Under the pieces are notes generated by a model that saw only the letters and a program-made list of their open reading frames with translations, made no database searches and was not told where the DNA came from. The position numbers were made by a program, and so were the translations under genes. A stretch of 63,822 nucleotides of DNA, counting the filler, from Octopus bimaculoides (lineage: Eukaryota): NCBI RefSeq assembly GCF_001194135.2. It is 5 parts of 5 records of this genome, joined end to end, with 100 filler letters (N's around TTAATTAATTAA, not from the genome) between each part and the next. Parts side by side here need not be neighbours in the genome. Positions count along the whole stretch, not along the records: positions 1 to 20,576 come from NC_068993.1; positions 20,677 to 47,365 come from NC_068994.1; 3 more parts are not named here. One strand, 5' to 3'. Of the stretch, positions 10,232 to 23,326 are shown piece after piece; position 1 is the first letter of the stretch, and every line of letters starts with the position of its first letter.

Positions 10232-11705
10232 GCTTAGTTAATTAGGAAAACATAGGTGTAAAACCATTAATAACACTGAGAAAATGTAAACAGCAAGAAT
10301 TTAGCATGTCATAAGTGCATATATATATATATATATATATACATATATATACGTGCAGACATGCAAACATATGGTTGTGGACACAAACATAAGTGAAAAG
10401 ATACATACTCATTCATGCAATCACCTGCACTCATTTATACTTGTACTGAAATTTTAACATACTCATGCATGATCATACATATTCATGACAACATGCACGC
10501 ACACATACATTTATATTCCAACGAATTGACATTTAAGTTCCAATGGCAGGCATTTGTTTCCATATTAGAAACCAGCTCTTCCTACATTGGTGAAAAAATC
10601 AAGGAAAAATAAACAAGCACACATACACACAGACATGCGCACACGCCAGCTTACAGGCAGACACACACACACACACCTGTATACACACACATACTCGCGC
10701 GCGCGCGCACACACACACACACACACAAACACACACGGACACACGGACACCCACACTCATTTATCATATAAGAGAAATGAGTGAAAGTGGAAAACAGGTG
10801 AGTGAGTGTGTGTGTATATGTGTCTATATATGTGTGTATGTATGTGTGTGTGTATATATATATATTCTTGTATTCTTTTATTCTTTTATATTTATAAATA
10901 TGTATATACATATAAAAATATACACATACATATGAGCATAGAAATAAATATATACACATACCTACATGCATACATGCATACATACATACATACATAGCAT
11001 AGTCAGATATGCTACATAACTTCTGACTAAAACAGCCTCTCTCTCTCAATCTCAAGCGTTGTCTTTATCCGTTCAAAATCCTGTGTTTATATTCAATTTG
11101 TAAGACGTCATAATGCAGTGTTGTCTTATAAAACTTATTGTTAGAGTTGATTGTTTTATGGCGACAGGAAAGCGAAATGGCGATGTACAAAACAAACATT
11201 GTACAAAATCAAGGAGTCGTAAGTGGTAATATGATACCATTCGAACATTATGAGCAATGAAAACATATCTATAAGAAACTGTCATTTTGGAAGCAGTGTA
11301 TTATTTGCGTCATCTCTGTTGATTTGATTTCGAATTCCGGCCGTCGTGTGTCTGAGTGTTATTCTCACCGTTGGACCGCATTCCTTCGTGGCGTCTGCCA
11401 TACAACCACCACTTCCAGCTAGGTCGGGCCGACGGAAGATAAGTACCAGATTTAAAGTAATTACTGTGGTGGCTTTGTAGGACTAAAGTCTACAAGACAG
11501 ATGTTCAATATGGCTGAAGTCTAGTGAATGTATCAAATAAATGGGTAAAAAGTATACGTTACACACACACACAACCCACACTCACACAAACACACACAAA
11601 CACATACACACACACATACACAAATATATATGCATGTATATATGTATGCATGCATACGTCTATACATACACACACACACACACGCACACACACTAAAGTC
11701 TATAT

Positions 11706-11908
11706 AGAGACGTGAAGGCTGCCACTTAGCAGAATCGTTAGCACGCAGGGCAAAATGCTTAACGTACTCAGTTCAAATTCCTCCGAGGTCAATTTTGCCT
11801 TTCATCGTTTCGGGGTCGATAAAATAAGTACCAGTTGAACACTGGGGTCTTTATAATCGACTTATCTCCTCCCACATAATTGCTGGTTTTGTGCCAAAAT
11901 TTGAAACA
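11706..11908 (+). mobile_element. SINE family A copy (tail-2b)
   Basis: GCAGAATCGTTAGCACG head, CAGTTCAAATTCC box and TTGTGCCAAAATTTGAAAC tail. Confidence 0.85.
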
Positions 11909-12904
11909 GAATTTTGGTGTGCGCGCTTGTGTGTGTGTGTGCGTGTGTGTTTGTGTGCGTGTGTGTGTGTGTGTGTGTATGTATGTGTGTGTGCGTGTGT
12001 GTGAGTGTGTGTGTTGTTTATGTGTAATTATAAAATCATACTTCGATTCGTTATGCATATGAATATATCGAANNNNNNNNNNNNNNNNNNNNNNNNNNNN
12101 NNNNNNNNNNNNNNNNNNNNNNNNNNNNNNNNNNNNNNNNNNNNNNNNNNNNNNNNNNNNNNNNNNNNNNNNNNNNNNNNNNNNNNNNNNNNNNNNNNNN
12201 NNNNNNNNNNNNNNNNNNNNNNNNNNNNNNNNNNNNNNNNNNNNNNNNNNNNNNNNNNNNNNNNNNNNNNNNNNNNNNNNNNNNNNNNNNNNNNNNNNNN
12301 NNNNNNNNNNNNNNNNNNNNNNNNNNNNNNNNNNNNNNNNNNNNNNNNNNNNNNNNNNNNNNNNNNNNNNNNNNNNNNNNNNNNNNNNNNNNNNNNNNNN
12401 NNNNNNNNNNNNNNNNNNNNNNNNNNNNNNNNNNNNNNNNNNNNNNNNNNNNNNNNNNNNNNNNNNNNNNNNNNNNNNNNNNNNNNNNNNNNNNNNNNNN
12501 NNNNNNNNNNNNNNNNNNNNNNNNNNNNNNNNNNNNNNNNNNNNNNNNNNNNNNNNNNNNNNNNNNNNNNNNNNNNNNNNNNNNNNNNNNNNNNNNNNNN
12601 NNNNNNNNNNNNNNNNNNNNNNNNNNNNNNNNNNNNNNNNNNNNNNNNNNNNNNNNNNNNNNNNNNNNNNNNNNNNNNNNNNNNNNNNNNNNNNNNNNNN
12701 NNNNNNNNNNNNNNNNNNNNNNNNNNNNNNNNNNNNNNNNNNNNNNNNNNNNNNNNNNNNNNNNNNNNNNNNNNNNNNNNNNNNNNNNNNNNNNNNNNNN
12801 NNNNNNNNNNNNNNNNNNNNNNNNNNNNNNNNNNNNNNNNNNNNNNNNNNNNNNNNNNNNNNNNNNNNNNNNNNNNNNNNNNNNNNNNNNNNNNNNNNNN
12901 NNNN

Positions 12905-12948
<44 letters not shown>

Positions 12949-13494
12949 GCGTATATAATTATCACTTAGCACATTATCATTAAAAGGGACAGAAAAGTAA
13001 AAGTAGAACCAAGTCGCTGGCAGTATTGGATATTGGATGGTGAGACGAGGACGAAGACGGAGAGAGACGAAGAAAGGCGAAGAAAGACGAAAACGAAGGA
13101 GAGAAAGAAAGCGAAGACAAAGTCGAAGAAGGTAAAGAGAAACGCCGTAAGGAAGCCGATGCATCTGACAGCTGAGGTATAATTCTATCGCATTCAACAA
13201 GCTTAGATTTCTATATAATCTACAAGTTGTGTATGATATTCCGTAATTAAAACGGACAATGAGACGTTCTTCTGTTTGAAAGATAGCAAAAACGTTGCTC
13301 TGAGCGTTGGAAGGGGAAAATTACACGGCGTTCAACTATACAATCGTCGAAGAGTCGTCTTTATGAAAGAAGAAAAGCTACACTAAGATAGTCGTTCGAA
13401 AAGTTTACTTTGCCTAAACCTTCCTCAACTTGCCCCTCACTTTTTCACTTAAGATGATTAGTGATGTTTGTAACACATAACATCGATCTGAATG

Positions 13495-13496
<2 letters not shown>

Positions 13497-13576
<80 letters not shown>

Positions 13577-13741
13577 ACCTTTTCTCTTTTTCTTTTTCGC
13601 TCTCTTTCTCTCTTTCTTTCTGTCTGTTTGTCTTTGTCTCTCTCCGTTTCTTTCTCTTTCCAGCTTATTTTATCTGTCTCACGCTCTATGTATCCTTCAA
13701 CAAACCAACCAGCCAACCAACCAACCAGTCAGCCAGCCAGC

Positions 13742-13780
<39 letters not shown>

Positions 13781-13903
13781 CCATCCATCCATCCATCCGC
13801 CTGTCTGTCTGTCTGGTTGTCGGTCTGTCTGTTTGCTGGTGTGTCTGCTTGCCTGCCTGCCCATCTATTTTCCGTCTGTCTATCTTTTTTCCCGCTTGAC
13901 TGT

Positions 13904-13948
<45 letters not shown>

Positions 13949-13950
13949 AT
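13497..13950. repeat. Compound microsatellite (CT)n, then graded tetramers (CAAC/CAGC/CATC/CTGT/CTGC/CTAT)n
   Basis: Direct reading. Confidence 0.9.
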
Positions 13951-15892
13951 TTTGCACGTCTTAGTCTACACTCCCTACTGCTGTCTTTATATAGATATTT
14001 GCATGTCTGTTTATGTGTGTGTATATATAGATATATAAGTATGTGTATGTTGATACGTATATGTATATGCGCGCGTGCACACACACAGATGCATATATAT
14101 TATATATATGCACGGCGTTGCATCAGCATAGCCGCAGCTCTAAGCTGAAACTATAATAAAAAAAAATATATATATATACATATATATTATATATATATNN
14201 NNNNNNNNNNNNNNNNNNNNNNNNNNNNNNNNNNNNNNNNNNNNNNNNNNNNNNNNNNNNNNNNNNNNNNNNNNNNNNNNNNNNNNNNNNNNNNNNNNNN
14301 NNNNNNNNNNNNNNNNNNNNNNNNNNNNNNNNNNNNNNNNNNNNNNNNNNNNNNNNNNNNNNNNNNNNNNNNNNNNNNNNNNNNNNNNNGATATATATAT
14401 ATACCAATCTAGAATTCAATCTATCTCCAGAATCCTTTCCCTCCTTTTCTCTCTCTCTCTCTTTCTCTTTCAATATGATTCTTTTTCTTCTTTATTCTCA
14501 TCTCCGGACATACAAGTTAACATACGTAAGTTACGTACATGCGTAAAGACAGAGAGACATACACACGCGCGCACAAACACACACACACACAAACATACAC
14601 AACACATACAACACACTCTCTCTTTCTTTTTCTCTCTCTTTGTCTCTCACACACGCAGACCATGCGTGAGCACACACGCACACAAAACCATGCACATACA
14701 AACACACCAACTCATACAAGGTTTCACACGATAACACCGCGAAATAGCGCTTACTTTCGTTATTCGCTTTGTCGTTATTGTTACAGAAAAATCTCACGCA
14801 CCCTCTAAAAAGACGCATCACACACACACACATATATATATACATGATGCAATGCAGGCATACACACGCATACTCATGCATACAGACACTCTCAGGAATG
14901 CATCATGCACTCATATACACAGCTAATTACATATACAGACAAACCTCATGCAATATATCGACACACAGACTCGCGTGCAATACAAATAGTCAATAGCATA
15001 TTGATTTACACACTGGTCCCTCCTACACCTCCTATTTTTCTGTCTGTTCCTCTCAGTGTCTCTCTGTCCCGCTCTCTCTCTCTCTCTGTCCCTCTCTCTC
15101 TCTTTCTGTCCCTCTTTCTGTCCCTCTCTCTCTCCCTCTCTCTCTCTCTCCCCCTCTCTCTCTCCCCCATCTCTCTCTCCCTCTCTCTCTCTCCCTCTCT
15201 CTCTCTCTACGTCTCACTCTATTTGACTGTCGTTATATAAATGTACATTTTATATGTGTGTGTGTGTATGTGTGTATGTAAAACCTTGCTTCACATACGT
15301 TGGTCTCATTCTTTCTTTTCTCCGTCTCTCTCTGTCTCTTTCTCTCTCTTCTCGTTTCGATCTTTCACTTTCCTCCTCATTGAATATCTGTCTCTTTAAT
15401 TCTCACACAATTTCATACGAACTTATAGACATACTTGCCCTCACTCTCTCGTTCTCTCTCTCTCAAACACACCAACGCGCGCACACACTCTCTATTACAC
15501 ACACACTCACACTCATACATACAGTGTCACACTCATACGTACACACACTTACACAAACTCGCATGTACATGCATCCACTTGTGCAACAATGCCTTTTCAT
15601 ATTATGCTATGTGTCTCATTCTGTCTCACTATTTCAAGGTTTTCCATTTCTCATTCATACACTCACACTAGTAACACACTGTAACATCTCTCCTCCTCCG
15701 TCACCTCCTCCTCCTCCTCCTCCTCCTCCTCCTCCTTTTCTTTTGCTTCCTCTCACTTCTCTTCCTCTCCCTCCGTCTTCCTCTTTTCCTTCATTTTTTC
15801 ACCCTCTCTACTTTCTCTTCCGCCTCCTTTTCTTTCAGCACAGTTTCTTAAACATACGCACATACACACACTCCTATACGCAGGCACGCACG

Positions 15893-15946
<54 letters not shown>

Positions 15947-16936
15947 CACACACATCGCGTGCGCGCGTAAGGATACAGACTCGAGCACTTTGACGCAGGT
16001 ACGCTTGTAATACAAACGCACAAACATACTGACAAATATAAAAATACACGCATACAAAGAAACAAACCATCACCCCCCCCACACACACAACACACACACG
16101 CACACGCGCATACAAACCCACAAAGACAAACACAAATATATACGCACAACTCAATACATATATATGAATGTAATATCCTAGTAAATTCGGCCCCTCCAGA
16201 AAATTATCAAAGATATGAACCCCGACCTGGACATAAACAATAACAAAAGCTAGAGATAGGGCCGCCTCTATTGCACGGACAGGCGGTAGCCGGTTACAAA
16301 CTAGAAGAAACAAATAAAAGACACAATCAGCTCAAAACCTAGCTCACAGCAAGATTTGAGGAGAACTTCACTATTTATATTTAACAAACCACTATATAAA
16401 AGAACAATTATGACACGTGTCAAGAGGAAACCTACGGACTTGATTTTGTTATCCATGATTGATCAAGTTAGTAAAGAACACTGAGCATAAATTGATGCTC
16501 CCAGCTTTCTATACATTGAATGTTCCTGCTGTATTGTGTTGTAATTAGCATTCACTAACAGATGGGGATAAGAGAATACGATTGAACTGATAACACGCTA
16601 ACACTAAAATGTATTACCTCTTTCCAAATGAGCATCGACAAAACAACGGGAAAACAACGCAGAAATAAATACTATCATTAGATGGAAAATATATCATGAA
16701 TACAATGACAAACAGCTGTGACTTTCTAATAGATTATTTTAAATCTAGGACAATGTTTCATTAGCTGGATGATATTGCGAGCTCATAATGGGTGGGGGAG
16801 TCTATGATGAGCAGGGCATTGGCTCCTTTGATTTTTTAAATAGAAATATAATATTTAAACCGACTACAATATTTATACTTAATAAATATTTAACAAAAAA
16901 ATCTTTAGATTAAAATATCAGCTGAATATTGTATAA

Positions 16937-18700
16937 CACTATGTAATACAATTTTTGTCTTTCGGAAACAAATGCTATTTCCCATTTGGTTAGGTTTAGA
17001 AAGTATGAATAATTGCTATTATTTACTTCAAACGTTGTTTTTGTGGCCAGAATAAAGATCTTTCTTAAGTTTGCTGGAAAGACCGGCAAATGTGGACATT
17101 TCCACTCATTCAAAGTAGGATTGAAACAACATATAATTCAAAAGTGGCATTTATGTATTCTAGGATTGCAGAAAAAGATACTACAAAATATTTAGAAGCG
17201 AGTAGTTTTTCGTGATTTACGCTTACACTGTAAATTACTTTCACGAATAAACGACCAAATATAATCTCCCCTCATGCTTTCGTTAACGATCCTTGGTACG
17301 GCTTTCAAAGTCCATTATATCTTGATGGAATCCCTCTCCTTGCTCCCCCGATTATGCTTCCATGTTCTTATATTAATCGAGACGAGCGTCAAGGATGTGG
17401 ACATCCTTGACGAAGGACATCCTGTAGCCCATTTTGCCATAGTTTTTCACCGGCGTCTCAACTAGCCCTACGTAGTTTACAGCTTTGTGATTTCCCAACA
17501 ACCCTCGAACTACTGCAACATGCTGTTCCATGCTGATTCCTCCGTCTCAGTGAGCTTCTTGGAGAATTCCTTGCACTCTAAGGTCCTCTTTATTTGTGGT
17601 CCGACGAAGATATATGCTTTCACTTTTGCCTCAGACAGCTTAGGGAAAAATCTTTATGATATTTGAAGGCTGCAATCTCCTGATATAGAGTCGAAACAAA
17701 CTGTTTCATAAGACACAGTTTTATATGCAGTGGAGGAAACAATACTTTCCGGCGTTCCAACAGTGGCTGCCATTTGATATTTTTCTTACCTCTACTGAAC
17801 TCGGTCCTCTATGGCTAGTCCCGCCTCTGGTAGTGTTCTACGGTTGCCCTGCTGTTCCAGAGGCAAAGGTAACATGGGAACTTGATAAAGCCACCTTGCA
17901 GACCGATCACAAAGTCCACCATTTTAAAGTTTCCAATAACCTCCCAATCATATTTCAAGGCTTTAAGCAAGATCTTCACGCTGCTGAATTCCTCTTTGAG
18001 CTGCACTGAGTGAGCCAAGAGAAGAGATGGATACATATTCCCGTTGTGAAGTAGCACGGCTTTGAGGCTCTTGGATGAGCTGTCAATGAAGAAGCGCTAC
18101 TCGCTGGAGTTACAAGCGATTCCAATAGCCTCAAACAGAGCAGTTAGATTGTGAAGTAAAGCCCATCTTGACTGGTGAAAAAACTTGAAAAATACTGGTT
18201 GCGCTTTCTCTGAATTGTGACTTGCACACCTTCATGTAACAAATTCCACTACCGGAGTCTCGATGTCAAAGGTTCTGCATAGGACTTTGTGAGACCAAGA
18301 TCTATGATAAGGCCGTTGAGGTCTTTTTGGTTGGGGTAGTATGGGTTTCTCTCTTTAGCTGCGCCTCGGAAATCTGGACCGACGATTTCAACCTCTTCTG
18401 GTGTGTTGCTCTCTCTCTCTAAGGAGGAGGGGTACTGGGAGCACAGGGCAGTGTAGCAGTGGGGCGATTCATGACAGAAAATCTGGATATATGATAGCAA
18501 GTGCATTCGTGCCAGCTCGACGTTTGGAAGGGTCAATCAGAAGGTCATGCAGAAGAAGGTCATGCAGAAGAAGGTCATGCAGAAGAAGCCGTTGTTTGAG
18601 TGGTTCAGTTGGTTCGCTTCGAATTCGTGGGATTGCGAATTTCATGGCTCTCTTTTTCCCTCTGTACCATCCTGAAAGAGATCAAAATAACAATATGAGT
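16937..18700 (-). mobile_element. Chapaev3-like (CMC superfamily) DNA transposon remnant, 5' end missing
   Basis: Contains the transposase pseudogene below. The putative surviving terminus starts CACTATGTAA at 16937, preceded by TAA. No matching second TIR was found near 18700. The superfamily name comes from recalled motifs, not a search. Confidence 0.75.
17192..18671 (-). pseudogene. Disrupted DDE transposase (Chapaev3-like)
   Basis: GWYRGKKRAMKFAIPRI.EP; RNPYYPNQKDLNGLIIDLGLTKSYAEPLTSRL; LLHNGNMYPSLLLAHSV..GLQGGFIKFPCYLCLW; PPLHIKLCLMKQFV..LSEAKVKAYIFVGPQIK; KNYGKMGYRMS..HILDA..SGEQGEGFHQDI..KSRKTTRF*. Multiple stops and frameshifts. Confidence 0.92.
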
Positions 18701-18769
18701 ATAAAAATACAAATATAGTACACTTGCTTTCCCAATCATTCAGCATCTTCCATCCATAAAGAAATATTT

Positions 18770-18945
18770 ACAATTACAGATATATTTACATTATATTATT
18801 TACATTATTTATATTTGACGGATATTTGTCCTCATCTTGTTTGTTGTTAACACAACGTTTCGGCTGATATATCCTCCAGCCTTCGTCAGGTGTCTTGGGG
18901 GAAATTTCGAACCTGGGTTCTCATTCCTAAGGTATTTTTCGATGA

Positions 18946-18950
<5 letters not shown>
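18770..18950 (-). mobile_element. Penelope-like terminal-repeat fragment carrying a hammerhead motif
   Basis: Plus strand AACGTTTCGGCTG..CTTCGTCAGGTG is the ACGTTTCG..TCAG signature of PLE terminal repeats. Adjoins (ATT)n at 18946-19030. Confidence 0.6.
18849..18894 (-). ncRNA. Minimal type I hammerhead ribozyme motif
   Basis: 5'-GACAC CUGACGA A GGCUG GAGGAUAUAU CAGCC GAAAC GUU GUGUU-3'. Core CUGANGA and GAAA, 5-bp stem II, 5-bp stem I (one G-U), loopless palindromic stem III (ACGU), NUH = GUU. Confidence 0.72.
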
Positions 18951-19033
<83 letters not shown>

Positions 19034-19094
19034 TGTTCAGTTGCTACTTAGTTTATCATCTTCGAAAGCAAGAGAGGAAATAGTAGATCTCGCC

Positions 19095-19180
19095 AGAAGT
19101 TGAGAGCAGAAGGTAAAGACGGACGAAATGCCGCTAAACATTTTGTCCGACGTTCTAACGATTCTGTCTACTCGCTGATA
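19095..19180 (-). mobile_element. SINE family A head fragment
   Basis: GACGGACGAAATGCCGCTAAACATTTTGTCCG..CTAACGATTCTG. Confidence 0.65.
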
Positions 19181-19209
19181 TATTATGAGTAAATATAGTT
19201 ATGGTTATT

Positions 19210-19388
19210 CCAAATTGACCCCAGAATTTATTCTTTGTAATCCTAGTACTTACTCTATCGGTCTATTTTGCCAAACCACTAAGTTGAAGGGGCGTAAACA
19301 CACCAAAATCGGTTTTCAAGCGATGGTAGGGCGGGGCAAACACAGACACACAAACATATACATACACACACATACAAACACACGCACG

Positions 19389-19428
<40 letters not shown>

Positions 19429-19586
19429 CATATATATATGTGACGGGATTCTATCAGTTTCCGTCCACCAGATGCACTCACAAGCCTTTGGATGGCCCGA
19501 GGCTATAGCAGTAGGCACTTGCTTAAGGTGCCACGCACTGAGATTACATCAGGAACCATGTGCTTGGGAAGATTCTTACCACACAC
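19210..19586 (-). mobile_element. SINE family B (tRNA head, CORE-like segment, internal (CA/TA)n)
   Basis: Reverse complement of the family B sequence seen at 31120-31520. Confidence 0.85.
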
Positions 19587-19593
19587 ACTATAT

Positions 19594-19637
<44 letters not shown>

Positions 19638-19791
19638 NNNNNNNNNNNNNNNNNNNNNNNNNNNNNNNNNNNNNNNNNNNNNNNNNNNNNNNNNNNNNNN
19701 NNNNNNNNNNNNNNNNNNNNNNNNNNNNNNNNNNNNNNNNNNNNNNNNNNNNNNNNNNNNNNNNNNNNNNNNNNNNNNNNNNNNNNNNNNN

Positions 19792-19826
<35 letters not shown>

Positions 19827-20677
19827 ATCCCACAAAACCTCCCAGAATTAGACACCAATATCCGAATGTTATCTAAGCTTAATAAGATTATTTATGGAGG
19901 AAAACAACCAATATCGATGTAAATAATCTCCGCTAACAATGAATCTACAAAACCGTTCCACTATACCAGAACGAAAGACAATTCAGAATAACGAGGCTAC
20001 AATATAAAAATCCGCAAACAAGAAATCAGATGCGTATTCCTATCATCAACAGCCAAACGAATATCACTATAGTTTCGACGAATTACGTACATTCTCCCTC
20101 TCCTTAATTCCTTCACAATGCAATGAGAAGCCTAGGGATATGAGAAAGCTCTAGCCCATGTTGCTGAGTAGTGAGACTGAGCATGAGACCTTCTGGTCTC
20201 AAAGCCAGTATATTGCATGTGTGTGTGTATTTATGTAAGTATGTGTATGCGTGCTTATGTTTTTGCATCCATATGCATATATCATATAGCGGGGGAAAAA
20301 TATGAAATTTAAATCGGTTGTGATAAAATCAGTCCAAAGAATAAAAGTCATTCAAACTGAAATGATTTCCAGGAGAAGTTTATTTTATGTGAATCCGTTA
20401 CATTTTTACGGTTTTCTTGTATCTGATTTTCTTGTTTTGCTTTAAGCCATTCTAATCATTCATCGTAAAAACCTATACAAATTAGTGCACAAAGACACAA
20501 CCATCACTCCATCACTCTCCACACATATATATTGTGCACTATGAATGTAAATATGCGTGTGTGCCTGTATATATATNNNNNNNNNNNNNNNNNNNNNNNN
20601 NNNNNNNNNNNNNNNNNNNNTTAATTAATTAANNNNNNNNNNNNNNNNNNNNNNNNNNNNNNNNNNNNNNNNNNNNG

Positions 20678-20835
20678 GGCAGGAGGCATAGGGGAGTTTG
20701 GTACCACCTACGCCAATGATAATGATGATGATGATGACGATGACAACAATGATGATGATGGGGGGGGGCAGGAGGAAGAGGGGAGTTTGGCACCACCTAC
20801 ACCAATGATAATGATGATGATGATGATGATGATGT
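20678..20835. repeat. Two-unit tandem repeat (~89 bp) with (GAT)n tails
   Basis: GGCAGGAGG..GGGAGTTTGG(T/C)ACCACCTAC(G/A)CCAATGATAATGATG at 20678 and 20767. Confidence 0.85.
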
Positions 20836-21124
20836 CTGAGCATCTGGCTGTGTTAAATTAACCTAGTTCAGGTAGTAATAAAATATAATTAATGATGTAG
20901 TAAATAAAAAAAAAAAAGATCACTAAGAAGTGTGATATTTTACTGCCCTCCACCAACTGCCCTTTCCATATATTAACCCTTTCAAACCAACGCACATAAA
21001 ACTGTGCAGCCTTTAAAATAAATTTAAATTCAAATCTTGTTCTGAAATTTCATTATCGTCGTCATCATTGTCATCGTCATCATCGTCCTCATCGTCGTTG
21101 TCATCATCATCATCATTATCTTTA

Positions 21125-21345
21125 AGGCAGTGAGCTGGCAGAATTGTTAGCATGGCAGGTGAAATGCATAGCGGTAATTCGCCTGTTGCTACATTCTGAG
21201 TTCAAATTCCACCGAGGTCAACTTTGCCTTTTTTCATCCTTTTAGGATCAGTAAAATAAGTACCAGTTGAATATTGGGGGTCGATGTAATCGACTCATCC
21301 CCTTTCTCAAAACTGCTGCCCTTGTGGCAAACTTTGAAACCATTA
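21125..21345 (+). mobile_element. SINE family A copy (tail-2b)
   Basis: GGCAGTGAGCTGGCAGAATTGTTAGC..CTTGTGGCAAACTTTGAAACC followed by ATT repeats. Confidence 0.85.
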
Positions 21346-21459
21346 TTATTAATATTAATATTAATATTCTCATTATTATTATTACATGAAATAAATAATA
21401 TCAGATTTTAATATGTAAAAAAAAAGTTCCTTTTCACCATCCTTCTCTTCCTCCTCCTC

Positions 21460-21466
21460 CTCCTCC

Positions 21467-21498
<32 letters not shown>

Positions 21499-21504
21499 TT
21501 CATC

Positions 21505-21542
<38 letters not shown>

Positions 21543-21870
21543 TATTACCAACTTCACTGCAAACAACATCATCATTACCACCATCATCAGTAAGAACATT
21601 TTTAATCACCATCACCAGTAACCCCCGCCCCATCATTATCGTCATCATTGTCACCACCATCATCAACAACCTTTTCATTATCATTAACACTGCCACTATC
21701 ACCACTCCCTTTACTATCACACCAACAACAACAACAATGACATCATCATCTTCATTATTGTCATCATTATGATTGAAACTACCATCAACATCATCATCAT
21801 CATTTTCATCACTGCCACCATCACCATCATCAACACTACCAGTAACATCATCATCATCATCATCGAACAC
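21460..21870. repeat. (CCT)n/(ATC)n/(ACC)n compound triplet repeat
   Basis: Direct reading. Confidence 0.9.
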
Positions 21871-22681
21871 CAGTTTATTGTACTAATAAATAACAAAATT
21901 CGTTATTTCAATTAATCTCTCATAATTATTGACTGTGTTTGGAAACTAAAACATATGGCTGTGTATATTCTTGTTGGAAATATGAAAATATAATCAGCAA
22001 AGCATTTTGGTTAAATGTTACCGAATTGACTAATAATGATAATAACAAGAAGTGAAAGTGAACCAGTGAGTGTGTTTATTATTGGTATAATGACCCTCCC
22101 AAGATACAACAAAATAAGAGTTGAAACATTCACAAGAATAAAAATTCATTTTAAACACATGGATCCCAGTAATACTGTATAGTTAAGAAGTTTCCTTTGC
22201 AACTATGTGGTCTTAGGCTCTATCTTTCTAAGTGACAGCTTGGGAAAGTACTTTTTAGCATGTCCTAGGGTCATCGGTCATCCAAAAGCTTTGTTGGTGA
22301 AATTTCATAGACAGAAACTATTCAGCAGGTTGATAGAGGAGACTACACTCTTGTTCCTTGGGGTGGGGACAGGGCTAGATTAATACCTATAGAGGCGCTA
22401 AGCACTTAAAAGCTTTTGGTGTTCTCCATATAAATGTAATTCAAAATGTAAACAATAAAAAAACCTTAAAATAAAATATTTTGTTTTCAAAATGAAACAA
22501 AACTAACAATAAGATGAAAAATAATGTTTATTTTCGTATACTTCTACTTTATTTATACTTGAGAAATTTTCTCCTGCTTCTTTTAATTGCAAAGTTTTTG
22601 ATCGGATTCTTACTATGACAACATGAGCCCTTTGAAATTATATTTCTGGTCATATAAGCCACTTCAAATATTACTTTAGCA

Positions 22682-22979
22682 CAGGGGTTTTCAAACTGTG
22701 GTCCGCGGACCACAGGAGGTCCGCAAGGACAAGACAGGGGGTCCGTGGACAGCAAATACTTTTTATGGGCAATTTGATGTTATATATGTTTTTTAATGGA
22801 AATCTTTTAATTGACAATAAACCTATTTTGTTAAATACTGTTAAATAAATAAATGTAAAAATATATGTTATTTTAAGCAAATATTTATGTATAAATTTCA
22901 TAAGCGTTTATAAGGGTGTCCCTAAGGTAAAGCCTGAAATATAAAGGGGTCTGCAAGTCAAAAAGTTTGAAAACCCCTG
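22682..22979. mobile_element. Intact hAT (Charlie-like) MITE, 298 bp
   Basis: Perfect 16-bp TIR CAGGGGTTTTCAAACT (22682-22697 / 22964-22979) and perfect 8-bp TSD CTTTAGCA (22674-22681 / 22980-22987). Confidence 0.95.
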
Positions 22980-23326
22980 CTTTAGCATGTTTAAAGTGAT
23001 TTCTTTTGTGCTGCAAACTCTTTACCATTTCTGTGGTGCCACCCCCCACCCCCATTCAGACACACACACACTTCCCTTGATGCCCTAAGCACGTACTTAT
23101 TTTACTTAATGGTTAATCCAGTGCTGGGTGGAGATGTGATTGCAATCAACTAGTCATCATTTTAACATTTGCTCATAAGTTATGAATGCCTTAATCAAAG
23201 TGCATGCTGTCGGAAGCACTTGAGACAGATTCCATAGGTTAGTCTGAAGAGAAAGTCTTATATGACCATGAACCTTTCTGTGCCTCTAAAACAGGTGAGA
23301 AAACAAGGGACAAGTTTTCTTCAGAC

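Noticed and set aside
11158-11224. ATG-initiated candidate first exon (MATGKRNGDVQNKHCTKSRS, donor GTAAGT)
   Set aside because: No downstream partner exon or recognisable product; such matches are expected by chance in 64 kb.
12005-13200. Long ORFs in the track (also at 835-1710, 28228-28884, 41008-41908, 51209-52604)
   Set aside because: Their length comes from N runs translated as X plus microsatellites.
16229-16303. Minus-strand candidate exon after a strong acceptor (CNRLPPVRAIEAALSLAFVIVYVQ)
   Set aside because: Weak donor (GTCGGG), no homology recognised and isolated.
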